From an uncultured cyanobacterium (GTDB lineage Bacteria; Cyanobacteriota; Cyanobacteriia; Pseudanabaenales; Pseudanabaenaceae): DNA of 64,000 nucleotides. This document shows, piece by piece, positions 1 to 8,900 of the stretch. A program made the position numbers and the translations under genes. Under the pieces are notes generated by a model. The model did no database searches. It saw only the letters and a list, made by a program, of their open reading frames with translations, and was not told the origin of the DNA. The stretch spans positions 832,001 through 896,000 of the forward strand of contig OY969811.1 in assembly GCA_963703315.1 (NCBI GenBank), read 5' to 3'. The first letter of the stretch is position 1. Every line of letters begins with the position of its first letter.

Positions 1-386
1 AGATTTTACGGATTCCCTATTATCTGGTGTTTAGCCGCTATACCAATCAGTTACGTGTATTTACTCTGCGATCGGGACATTATGTAGAAATACAGTTAAC
101 TGAATCGAAAATCTGGCTCCCTGAAATTGAGCTAGGTTTAGGAATTTGGGAAGGTGAGTATCGCGGTATTCATCGCCTATGGTTACGTTGGTATGACTCA
201 GAAGGAAATTGGATACCTACGGATACCGAACGATTGGAACTGGCTAATCAAGAAATATCCTCAGTGGAGCAGCGTGCTGAGTCTGCTGAACAACGCGCGG
301 AATCTGCCGAACAACGCGCTGAATCTGCTGAGCAACGCGCTGAATATTTACTACAACGTTTGAGAGAGTTAGGAATTGAGCCATAA
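1..386 (+). CDS. Uma2 (DUF820) family endonuclease, 3' part (truncated by window edge)
   Basis: WLPEIELGLGIWEG..WLRWYD..GNWIPT followed by a coiled-coil tail AEQRAES x3-4 ending RLRELGIEP, typical of cyanobacterial Uma2 C-termini. Confidence 0.85.
   Translation, partial: ILRIPYYLVFSRYTNQLRVFTLRSGHYVEIQLTESKIWLPEIELGLGIWEGEYRGIHRLWLRWYDSEGNWIPTDTERLELANQEISSVEQRAESAEQRAESAEQRAESAEQRAEYLLQRLRELGIEP
267..344 (+). repeat. 21-bp coding tandem repeat (EQRAESA)
   Basis: gaacaacgcgctgaatctgct-like unit, about 3.7 copies. Confidence 0.9.
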
Positions 387-460
387 ATACCAAAGCACAA
401 AATGGCTTAGCCATTTTGTGCTTTGGTATAGGAATGGGCAGCGCTTTGCGCTGCCCATTC
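387..460. repeat. Two adjacent triloop hairpins between convergent genes (possible bidirectional terminator)
   Basis: ataccaaagcacaaaatggc-tta-gccattttgtgctttggtat (387-429) and gaatgggcagcgc-ttt-gcgctgcccattc (432-460). Confidence 0.9.
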
Positions 461-469
461 TTCCCTATT

Positions 470-1582
470 CTAATAAACGGGTAGAGTAAATCGGAAACAA
501 CTGCCTTTTTTACCGATCGCGTCATCAACCCAGATATGACCATAGTGGGCAGTAATAATCCGACGACATAGAGATAAACCAATGCCATAGCCATCAGCCT
601 TATCATCACGCTCCAGTCGATAACGCTCTTCAAATATGCGATCGCGCAGTTCCGCAGGAATTCCGGGCCCATTATCAGTAATGCTAACTTCGATTTTTTG
701 AGAAGTACGATGCATGACGGTTAGCTCGATTTTGCCGCCTTCAGGAGTGTATTTGGTAGCATTCCCCAAAAGATTAATGAGAACTTGACGAATTTTTTCT
801 TGATCAACATATACAGGAGGAAGATCGGTGGGAATATCTTTGATCAGCTTTTGGAGCTTCTTTTCTAAACATTTGCTGAAATAAAAATCACTAACGACGC
901 TGTGGCAAAGTTGATCAAACTGAATCTTTTGTCTTTGAGTCCGAAATTGAGCATTTGCCCCCCGCCCCGCTTCCAGAATATCGGTAATTAAGTTATCAGC
1001 TTCTCGCGCTTTGGTACGGGCGTGTTTCAGAAGACGCGATACCATTTGAGAATCAATTTTGTCACCACTTTTTTCAATGGTGTCGATCGCTAATAAAATT
1101 GCCGTGAAGGGATTGCGTAAATCATGGGCAAGCATTCCCAAGACACGATCTTTAAAGCGAATTTGCTCCTCGATTTCAGCTTTTTCCTGTGAAAGTCGAA
1201 ATACATCATCCGCGAGGCGAGCCACCTCATTCATATATTCAATATTTTGAGAAAGTTCGGGAGGATGGTTTGTGGATTGATCTAATACTTGCTGTTTCCA
1301 TGTATCCCAAGAACTTTCTAGCTGCTTAATGATATTTTTTCCCGCAATTGTCTGTCTTGGTAAAGGCGATAATTTGAGGAGTGCGGGTGACATGACCACC
1401 TTAAATAGCTCTGCAAGTTGGGGCTGACTGGCAACATTGATGATTTGCAATTCCGAGCGACAATTATTTTCTTGTTGCAAAAACTCCTCTACTTCCTTGA
1501 CGAGTTCTTTTGCCTTGGGGCGATCGTCAATAAATAGTAAAAGTTGGAGGGTTGATTCAGGTAATGTTGGAATAGTCCTCAT
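470..1582 (-). CDS. sasA: Circadian output histidine kinase SasA
   Basis: KaiB-like N-terminus (LQLLLFIDDRP..QPQLAELFKVVMSPALLKLSPLPRQTIAG), H-box LAHDLRNP, HATPase N/G boxes. Confidence 0.93.
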   Translation of the reverse strand: MRTIPTLPESTLQLLLFIDDRPKAKELVKEVEEFLQQENNCRSELQIINVASQPQLAELFKVVMSPALLKLSPLPRQTIAGKNIIKQLESSWDTWKQQVLDQSTNHPPELSQNIEYMNEVARLADDVFRLSQEKAEIEEQIRFKDRVLGMLAHDLRNPFTAILLAIDTIEKSGDKIDSQMVSRLLKHARTKAREADNLITDILEAGRGANAQFRTQRQKIQFDQLCHSVVSDFYFSKCLEKKLQKLIKDIPTDLPPVYVDQEKIRQVLINLLGNATKYTPEGGKIELTVMHRTSQKIEVSITDNGPGIPAELRDRIFEERYRLERDDKADGYGIGLSLCRRIITAHYGHIWVDDAIGKKGSCFRFTLPVY

Positions 1583-1640
1583 TGACTTTCGGACTCACAA
1601 CGGATTTTAAGACATTCTTAATAATTATATTATTGTTCTC

Positions 1641-2807
1641 ATGGTTTTACCTCAACAGCGATGGCAGATTTCCGCACCACAGCCAAATTTATCGGCAAAG
1701 ATCGCTAATGTTACGGGACTTTCGCCCATAATCGCGCAGGTTTTACTAAATCGCGGTATTAATACCCCTGAAGCCGCTAAGGTTTTTCTTGATCCCGAAC
1801 TGGAAGATCTGCCTGATCCCAAACAGGAATTTCCTGATTTAATTGCGAGTATCGATCGCATTGAGCAAGCTATAAAAAACGGCGATCGCATTACAATCTG
1901 TGGTGACTATGATGTTGACGGCATGACTAGTACCGCTTTGTTAATTCGGACTTTGCGACTATTGGGTGGCAATGTGGAATATGAAATTCCGAGTCGGATG
2001 ACGGAGGGCTATGGAATTAATGCGCGGATCGTACAGGATTGTCACGATCGCGATGTCAGACTAATTATTACTGTGGACAATGGCATTGCGGCTTATGAGG
2101 CGATCGCCTTAGCCAAATCCTTAAATATTTCTGTAATTGTTACCGATCACCACGAAGTTCCCGAAGACCCCAGCAAAATTCCACCCGCCACCGCAATCCT
2201 CAATCCTAAATATCAAGTTGATCCTGATTCACCCTACGCGGCGATCGCTGGGGTTGGTGTTGCCTATGTGTTGGCGTTGGAATTAAGCGATCGCTTTGGC
2301 AAACGCACCGAGTTAGAAAATCCGTTATTAGAATTATTTACCCTCGGTACAATTGCCGATCTTGCCTCCTTAACAGGCATCAATCGCCGCCTTGTCAAAA
2401 AAGGTTTACGCTTACTTTCGCAATCTAAAGTTATTGGCATCATTGCCCTGATTAATGAAACAGGAATTGCCAAAGATAAACAAACTGGTTTGAAACCTGA
2501 AGCGATCGGTTTTGGTTTGGGACCAAGAATTAATGCGATCGGGCGGATTGGTAATCCGCAAGTAATTATTGATCTGTTGACCTGTGAGGATATGGGGCAG
2601 GCGATCGCCTTAGCCCAAGAATGTGAAGCTACTAATCGCAAGCGTCAAGATCTGTGCAAAGAGATCGAACAAGAGGCGATCGCCTATATGTCAAAGCTCA
2701 AATCAGAGGGTTTTGATATTACTCAAGAACGAGTTTTAGTAATAGTTGATCGGGAGGTGCAGGATACTCTCTATCCTGCTCCCAAGGGAAACAAAGAAAT
2801 GGCGTAG
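1641..2807 (+). CDS. recJ: RecJ ssDNA exonuclease, N-terminal DHH half of a split gene
   Basis: GDYDVDG, TVDNG, TDHH, LGTIAD and GPRINAIGR motifs; ORF stops after ERVLVIVD, before the WHxGVIGIVA motif. Confidence 0.9.
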   Translation: MVLPQQRWQISAPQPNLSAKIANVTGLSPIIAQVLLNRGINTPEAAKVFLDPELEDLPDPKQEFPDLIASIDRIEQAIKNGDRITICGDYDVDGMTSTALLIRTLRLLGGNVEYEIPSRMTEGYGINARIVQDCHDRDVRLIITVDNGIAAYEAIALAKSLNISVIVTDHHEVPEDPSKIPPATAILNPKYQVDPDSPYAAIAGVGVAYVLALELSDRFGKRTELENPLLELFTLGTIADLASLTGINRRLVKKGLRLLSQSKVIGIIALINETGIAKDKQTGLKPEAIGFGLGPRINAIGRIGNPQVIIDLLTCEDMGQAIALAQECEATNRKRQDLCKEIEQEAIAYMSKLKSEGFDITQERVLVIVDREVQDTLYPAPKGNKEMA

Positions 2808-2821
2808 CTATTTCTTTGTTT
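2789..2821. repeat. Triloop hairpin containing the recJ-N stop codon
   Basis: aaacaaagaaatggc-gta-gctatttctttgttt; the TAG at 2805-2807 lies at the loop. Confidence 0.85.
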
Positions 2822-2915
2822 GAAAACCCTTACTGGGTTTGGTTTTCAATTCACAAACATTGTGGTCACACTTTTGTGAATTGGTATTATAAAGTTTAAG
2901 TTAGGTAAAGTCATT

Positions 2916-3560
2916 ATGAACACATTACTCAAACCAGCCTCAAACCAAATAGACACATGGATTAATGCTCCTTGGTCAGAATTTGTAGCGATCTCCGATT
3001 CAACCGATAGCGACAAACGCAAAAGCTACTATTACAAACAACAGATGAGATTTGAGGATATGTCCACAGGTTCCGATCACGCTAACGATCACGCATTAAT
3101 TCTATTTGCCATCTCCTTTTATGCCGCCACAAAGCAAATACCCATGACTGCCAAAGATGGCTGCTCCTATCGCCAAAGCGGAAAAACTGAATTTCAGCCC
3201 GATGTCTCCTATTACATTGGTGACAATGCCGATGCGATCGCTTGGGGAACGCGCATCATTGACCTCGATCAATATCCCTTACCCGATCTCGTCATTGAAA
3301 TATCTGACACCACCTTCAACGATGACCTCGGCACAAAACGCCTGCAATACGAAGAATTAGGCATCAAAGAATATTGGATCGTCAATGTCCAAACTATGAA
3401 AATCTATGCCTTTGCGATCGCCCCCGATGGCAGCAGCCATCATATTCGCCAATCCTTAGTGCTATCAGGATTAAAACTCGAAATCTTAGAACAAGTTCTC
3501 GAACGTAGTCGCCAAGAAAATCAATCAACCGTCACCGCATGGCTAATGAAGCAATTCTAA
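2916..3560 (+). CDS. Uma2 (DUF820) family endonuclease
   Basis: FQPDVSYYIG, PDLVIEIS, DDLGTKRLQYEELGIKEYWIVNV. Confidence 0.9.
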   Translation: MNTLLKPASNQIDTWINAPWSEFVAISDSTDSDKRKSYYYKQQMRFEDMSTGSDHANDHALILFAISFYAATKQIPMTAKDGCSYRQSGKTEFQPDVSYYIGDNADAIAWGTRIIDLDQYPLPDLVIEISDTTFNDDLGTKRLQYEELGIKEYWIVNVQTMKIYAFAIAPDGSSHHIRQSLVLSGLKLEILEQVLERSRQENQSTVTAWLMKQF

Positions 3561-3620
3561 CGAGCGCTAAAGATTGAGAAGTTTGCCAGTTTAGAAATAT
3601 GCAACTTAAGTTAGAAGCAA

Positions 3621-5747
3621 ATGGAAATACAGTCAGCGAATTTTAGTTTTTTGCGCGAGCATGATCCACAATTGGTAAACCTTGCTGCCAGAGCTGAACA
3701 GTATTTACATAGCGACAGTAATACCTGCATCATCAAACTGCGGCAATTTGCCGAGCGTCTTGCCCAGCACATCGCCAACAATACAGGGCATTATCAAGCA
3801 GAAGATGAAGCACAGCTAGATTTGCTAAGACGACTTAAAGCAGAAGGTGTCATTTCTCGTGAAGTCGCTGAACTTTTCCATAGCATTCGCATCGGAGGCA
3901 ATCATGCCGCCCATAAAGGCAAAGATGACAGCCGCCAAGCCCTTACTCTCCTCGAAAATGCACATGAGTTAGGCAACTGGTTTCATCACGAATTTGGTAA
4001 TGACAGAAATTTTAGGGCAGGGGTATTCGTGCCACCTGCTCCGCCCATCGATGCTGAAATGGAGAGACTGAAAAGGGATGCCGAACAATCTCGCCGAGAT
4101 GCCGAAGAAAAAGAGATTGCTCTGAAAATAGCCGAAGCAGAAAAGCAACGATTGGAAAAAATATTGCGCGATTTGGATGCCGAACAATCTCGCCGAGATG
4201 CCGAAGAAAAAGAGATCGCCCTGAAAATAGCTGAAGCACAAGCCCGTCAAGCCGAAGTAGAAAAGCAACGATTAGAAGACATAGCGAGAGAAAAGGAAAA
4301 GCAAAGAATAGAAGAGAATATTACCAATCAAATTGATACACATCCACAAACTGCGGATATCCCCAATCAACTACAAATTGACACTAAAAATATCGATCCC
4401 GATGAAGATCTAACTGGTCAAGTTAGCGATCCAAGTCGAGAAATTGCTCCTGTTGCCAAAGAGGAAACAGCCCTCACCCCCATAGAGAGCAGTAAGAAAG
4501 AAAAGAGTAAGAAATCGGGTTGGCATCATGGGGTGATTGGGATTGTTGCTTCGCGTCTAGTGGAACGTTACGGCGCACCCGTATTTATTGGCAGTTATGA
4601 AGATGCCCATGATGATGATTCTGACCAAGTTGCCACTGTGCGCTTCTCAGTGCGGGGAATTCCAGAATTTCATGTTTTCAACGCCCTTGAATATGAACCG
4701 ATTAAAACTATTCGCAACAAAGGTGGCGGACATAAAGCGGCGGGTGGTTTTACTCTGCCTGCGGAGAATCTGGAAAAGCTGCGAGATGGATTAAGGGAAT
4801 TTGCCGATCGCGAAAATATTCTCCCTAGTCACATCATGCCTCTAGTCAATGTCGATGTTCGTGTCGATCTCAGTGATATCTCCATGACACTTCTGCAACA
4901 ATGCGATCGCCTGCAACCCTGCGGACTTGGTAATTCTGATCCTGTGTTCTATAGCGAAAATGTGCGCGTCATTTCCCAACAAACTCGCGGTAAGGATAAA
5001 GTCAAACATCTTTCTCTAGAACTGGATACAGGCAATGGCAAAATCAAAGCGATCGCATGGCGATGGGGAGAATATTGTCCTGTCCCTGATCATATAGATA
5101 TTGCTTACAAGTTGCGTGCGAATCAATGGCAAGATACAACTTCTGTAGAATTGGAAATAGTTGGTATTCGTGAAGCAGGTAATCTCATGGAAGATGCTAC
5201 AAGTTCGCCGAAACAGATTCAACTGCAATATAAACCTGCGCCCCTAATTAGCAAGGTTCCCCAATGGCAAAAACTCAGTGAAGCCACAAGACCTTTACCT
5301 CGTCCATTATTACTATATGGCTGCGATCGCCCTGCCGATAAGTTCCAAGGTGATGTCGATTGCGATCGCCCGAAACGAGATCGTAATTATGAAGCAGTCG
5401 TCCTATGGACTTTGCCACCATCATTCACACATCTGCAATGGCTAATCGCTACTGCCCAACCTGACTATATCTATCTTGGTTCTCATATTCCATCAGTTCC
5501 TTCCATTGAGCAATTTCGCGCCCAAGTTCAATCTCTTGATTTAGAGAATATCGAAAAATTAAATCTATTAGATATCTCGCAGCAATGGTGGATTTCACCT
5601 AGTGCGATCATTGCTGCCCTAAGAGAAAGAGGTTATCTCTGCGATTTCCCCAATACTTTACCTCTTGAAGGAGAATTACTGAGAATGCAAAAGTGGTACA
5701 GCATCGCTATCAATAAACTTGCTAAGATTCTTGCTGATCAACAATAG
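3621..5747 (+). CDS. Fusion of HsdR N-terminal-like/DUF4145 domain, coiled coil and RecJ C-terminal half (DHHA1, OB fold, cyanobacterial C-tail)
   Basis: N-terminus SANFSFL..AEQY..D.NTCIIKLRQFAE..RIGGNHAAH..FVPP resembles type I RM HsdR N-termini; from 4518 GWHHGVIGIVASRLVERYG, GGGHKAAGG, LQPCGLGNSDPVF and DIAYKLRANQWQ match the RecJ C-half. Confidence 0.85.
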   Translation: MEIQSANFSFLREHDPQLVNLAARAEQYLHSDSNTCIIKLRQFAERLAQHIANNTGHYQAEDEAQLDLLRRLKAEGVISREVAELFHSIRIGGNHAAHKGKDDSRQALTLLENAHELGNWFHHEFGNDRNFRAGVFVPPAPPIDAEMERLKRDAEQSRRDAEEKEIALKIAEAEKQRLEKILRDLDAEQSRRDAEEKEIALKIAEAQARQAEVEKQRLEDIAREKEKQRIEENITNQIDTHPQTADIPNQLQIDTKNIDPDEDLTGQVSDPSREIAPVAKEETALTPIESSKKEKSKKSGWHHGVIGIVASRLVERYGAPVFIGSYEDAHDDDSDQVATVRFSVRGIPEFHVFNALEYEPIKTIRNKGGGHKAAGGFTLPAENLEKLRDGLREFADRENILPSHIMPLVNVDVRVDLSDISMTLLQQCDRLQPCGLGNSDPVFYSENVRVISQQTRGKDKVKHLSLELDTGNGKIKAIAWRWGEYCPVPDHIDIAYKLRANQWQDTTSVELEIVGIREAGNLMEDATSSPKQIQLQYKPAPLISKVPQWQKLSEATRPLPRPLLLYGCDRPADKFQGDVDCDRPKRDRNYEAVVLWTLPPSFTHLQWLIATAQPDYIYLGSHIPSVPSIEQFRAQVQSLDLENIEKLNLLDISQQWWISPSAIIAALRERGYLCDFPNTLPLEGELLRMQKWYSIAINKLAKILADQQ
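4076..4278 (+). repeat. 99-bp-period coding duplication (DAEQSRRDAEEKEIALKIAEA x2)
   Basis: ggatgccgaacaatctcgccgagatgccgaagaaaaagagat at 4076 and 4175. Confidence 0.9.
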
Positions 5748-5874
5748 CGGCGCTAAGTGGTAATTCCGCAAGCATCAATGAGGTTTATTGAAGCGATCAG
5801 TTTTTATAATGACTTGTGTTTCCCAACAGTCAGTAAACTAGAAGCAGTAATCTAAAATTTGGGAGACAGCGATC

Positions 5875-7587
5875 GTGACAAATAGTAAGCCCCGCGATGT
5901 ACAGGTAATTTATATTGCTGACGAAACCTTTGCCCTGCGATCGCGTAGTTGGAATCGGTTACGCTTTGAAATTGAGTATGCTCTGGAAAAAGGAACTACG
6001 GCGAACTCATTCTTAATCCAAGGCAATTTGCAAGCAATAATCGATCCACCTGGAGGAACTTTCACCGAAATTTATTTAGATGAATTACGCAAACGCATCA
6101 ATATTCTTGATATTAGTTATGTGATTCTCGGTCATGTCAACCAAAACCGTATTGAAACACTGAAGGCTTTACTAGAGATTAATAATCGCCTTACCTTTGT
6201 CTGTACGAATCCAGGGGCGATCGCCTTGCGCCAAAATCTAGAGGAAGAATTTGGTGATAATCTCAAAATTCAAGTCGTGCGTGGTGAAGAAGTCCTTGAT
6301 CTTGGGAAAGGACATATTCTCAAATTTATTCCCACTTCTACGCCGCGTCATCCTGATGAGCTTTGTACCTATGACACCAAGACTCAAGTTTTATATACTG
6401 ATAAATTCTTTGGCGCTCATGTCTGCGGTGATCAAGTATTTGATGAAGGCTGGAGCCAATTATTGGGCGATCGCCGCTATTACTTTGACAGCACTATGGC
6501 AAACCAAGTCCGTCAAGTAGAAGCTGCCCTCGATAAGATTACCGATATGCCTGTTAGCTTTTATGCCCCAGGACATGGACCAATGTTGCGTCATGGCTTG
6601 CATGAATTGGTAAATCTTTATCGTCAATGGAGCGAAGCCCAAAAACAACAAAATATTTCAGTGGCGTTGCTATTTGCTTCTGCATACGGCAATACGACCA
6701 CGATCGCCAATGCCTTGGCAAGGGGAATTACAAAGGCAGGGGTTGCGGTTGAGTTGATTAACTGCGAGAGTGCGGAACCTGAAGAAATCAAAGCCGCGAT
6801 CGAAAAATCATCAGGATTTTTAATTGGTTCACCGACCCTAGGCGGACATTTACCCACCCAAGTACAAACGGCTTTGGGGATCGTTCTATCGACAGCAACT
6901 AAAAGCTATCAAGCGGGTGTCTTTGGCTCATACGGCTGGAGTGGTGAAGCCGTTGATATTATTGCTGGCAAACTCAAGGATTCAGGCTATACCCTTGCCT
7001 TTGAACCCATTCGCATCAAATTTACGCCCACTGAAGCAACTTTACAAATTTGTGAAGAAACAGGAACCGATTTTGCCCAAGCGCTGAAACGTGCCAAAAA
7101 AGTCCGCACTACCTTAAATCCTGGTAGCACCGTTGAGCAAGCAGTGGGGCGCATTGTTGGCTCTCTGTGTGTCTTAACGGTGAAGAGGGGCGAAATATCC
7201 ACAGCGATGCTTGCCTCATGGGTATCCCAAGCGACATTTAATCCACCAGGATTGACAGTGGCAGTTGCTAAAGATCGGGCGATCGAGTCCTACTTGTATG
7301 AAGGCGATCGCTTTGTCCTAAATATCCTTGAACAGGGTAAACAAGTTCGTAAGCACTTTATGAAAAAATTTGCCCCTGGGGAAGATCGGTTTATTGATGT
7401 GCCATCAGAAGAAACAAATGGTGGTTTGGTTTTAACTGAGGGGCTTGCCTATTTAGAATGTCGGGTTGCTCAGAGAATGGAATGCGGTGATCACTGGATT
7501 GTCTATGCGATCGTTGAAAATGGCAAACTACTACAATCTAACGGTTTAACCGCTATTCATCATCGTAAAACTGCCAGTAATTATTAA
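5875..7587 (+). CDS. flv1: Flavodiiron (diflavin flavoprotein), Flv1-type
   Basis: RDVQV..FEIEY..GTTANSFLI, MBL-like domain lacking canonical diiron ligands (GHVNQNR), flavodoxin domain (SAYGNT) and flavin-reductase domain (ASWVSQA, GDHW). Confidence 0.85.
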   Translation: MTNSKPRDVQVIYIADETFALRSRSWNRLRFEIEYALEKGTTANSFLIQGNLQAIIDPPGGTFTEIYLDELRKRINILDISYVILGHVNQNRIETLKALLEINNRLTFVCTNPGAIALRQNLEEEFGDNLKIQVVRGEEVLDLGKGHILKFIPTSTPRHPDELCTYDTKTQVLYTDKFFGAHVCGDQVFDEGWSQLLGDRRYYFDSTMANQVRQVEAALDKITDMPVSFYAPGHGPMLRHGLHELVNLYRQWSEAQKQQNISVALLFASAYGNTTTIANALARGITKAGVAVELINCESAEPEEIKAAIEKSSGFLIGSPTLGGHLPTQVQTALGIVLSTATKSYQAGVFGSYGWSGEAVDIIAGKLKDSGYTLAFEPIRIKFTPTEATLQICEETGTDFAQALKRAKKVRTTLNPGSTVEQAVGRIVGSLCVLTVKRGEISTAMLASWVSQATFNPPGLTVAVAKDRAIESYLYEGDRFVLNILEQGKQVRKHFMKKFAPGEDRFIDVPSEETNGGLVLTEGLAYLECRVAQRMECGDHWIVYAIVENGKLLQSNGLTAIHHRKTASNY

Positions 7588-7601
7588 AAAGTGATCGCCC
7601 T

Positions 7602-7784
7602 GTAGGGGCATAGCATTCCCGCCACAATCTATAAATTTTTAGAGAATCTTCTTTTGGGAATGCTATGCCCCAAACCTCGCAACGCAGGGACAAATTATCT
7701 GTAAAATCACAGAGGGCTGAGCATTTGCGGATCGAAATTTCTGTAATGGATTTTAAAATTGTGGCGCAAATGCTTAGCCCCTAC
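7602..7784. repeat. GTAG-type REP doublet (REPIN-like element)
   Basis: Starts gtaggggcatagcattccc and ends gcaaatgcttagcccctac; internal stems at 7605-7671 and 7714-7780. Confidence 0.75.
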
Positions 7785-7912
7785 GGTCTTGCTGCGATAA
7801 ATTACTGGTAACGCGAATAAATCATGGCATTAACTAATTTTTGGGTTAGATCTGCAATAGGCTAGTATGACAAATATTGCAAAAAACGATCTTCACAAGC
7901 TTGATGGGGAAC

Positions 7913-8851
7913 ATGGAAAAGCAACTCAAAATACAACAGTTAGTCAATAATCTGGCGAAGGCGATCGTTGGCAAAGATGAAGCGATTCAACTAGTTTTAG
8001 TGGCACTGTTTTCAGGCGGTCATGCCCTGTTAGAAGATGTCCCAGGAGTAGGCAAAACTTTGCTTGCCAAATCTCTCGCCGCCTCTATTTCTGGTAAGTT
8101 TCAGCGTGTGCAATGTACACCCGATCTCTTACCTACCGATATTACGGGTACAAATATTTGGAATCCTCAAAAAGGTGAGTTTCAGTTTTTACCAGGTCCC
8201 ATCTTTGCGAATGTGTTGCTTGCGGATGAAATCAATCGTGCTACACCCCGCACTCAATCGGCATTGCTAGAGGTAATGGAAGAGAGTCAAGTCACGGTCG
8301 ATGGCATATCACGGAAAGTACCTTCACCATTTTTTGCGATCGCCACTCAAAACCCGATCGAATACCAAGGGACATTCCCTTTACCAGAAGCACAACTCGA
8401 TCGCTTTGCCCTGTCTTTTAGCATTGGCTATCCCAATGAAGCCGAAGAACTAGAGATGCTCAAAAGAATGCAGTCAGGTCAAATTGGTTCCGCTCAATTA
8501 GAACCATGCATTACTCCTGAAGAAGTCCTAGAGATTCGCAGTCTGGCTGCCCAAATTCCTGTGAGTGATGCCACTAGCGAATATATTGTTAATATCGTAC
8601 GAGCTACGCGCAATGACGAAGAAATTACACTAGGAGTTAGTCCTAGAGGGACTTCGGCACTATTGCGTTCAGCCCAAAGCTATGCCTTGATCCAGCAAGC
8701 CTTAAATGCCGATCGCCAATCTAGTTATGTCTTACCTGATGATGTCAAGTTTCTCGCACCTTATGTGTTAGGACATCGCATTATTGCCGCAGGTAGGCGA
8801 TCGCCCAAAAAGATTATTCAGCGCTTACTAGATATTGTGAATGTCCCCTAA
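7913..8851 (+). CDS. MoxR-family AAA+ ATPase
   Basis: LLEDVPGVGKT, TPDLLPTD, LADEINRATPRTQSALLE, ATQNPIEYQGTFPLPEAQLDRF; ATG at 7913 preferred over TTG at 7877. Confidence 0.92.
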   Translation: MEKQLKIQQLVNNLAKAIVGKDEAIQLVLVALFSGGHALLEDVPGVGKTLLAKSLAASISGKFQRVQCTPDLLPTDITGTNIWNPQKGEFQFLPGPIFANVLLADEINRATPRTQSALLEVMEESQVTVDGISRKVPSPFFAIATQNPIEYQGTFPLPEAQLDRFALSFSIGYPNEAEELEMLKRMQSGQIGSAQLEPCITPEEVLEIRSLAAQIPVSDATSEYIVNIVRATRNDEEITLGVSPRGTSALLRSAQSYALIQQALNADRQSSYVLPDDVKFLAPYVLGHRIIAAGRRSPKKIIQRLLDIVNVP

Positions 8852-8867
8852 ATTATTAAACCCAAAT

Positions 8868-8900
8868 AAACAAAGGCGGCGCTTCGCGCCGCCTTTGTTT
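8868..8900. repeat. Triloop hairpin between convergent genes
   Basis: aaacaaaggcggcgc-ttc-gcgccgcctttgttt. Confidence 0.9.

Noticed and set aside
267..344. Short tandem repeats as a possible CRISPR array (also 22351-23236 and 25112-25171)
   Set aside because: No unique spacers; all are in-frame coding repeats, and no cas genes are present
4470..4481. gccctcacccc in the RecJ-C linker resembling the 30895 repeat end
   Set aside because: Only ~11 bp with no accompanying hairpin; could be chance
2700..4520. Split intein or self-splicing intron explaining the recJ split
   Set aside because: No intein N-terminal Cys/Ser block or His-Asn terminus at the junctions; no reverse transcriptase or homing nuclease and no recognisable intron ends
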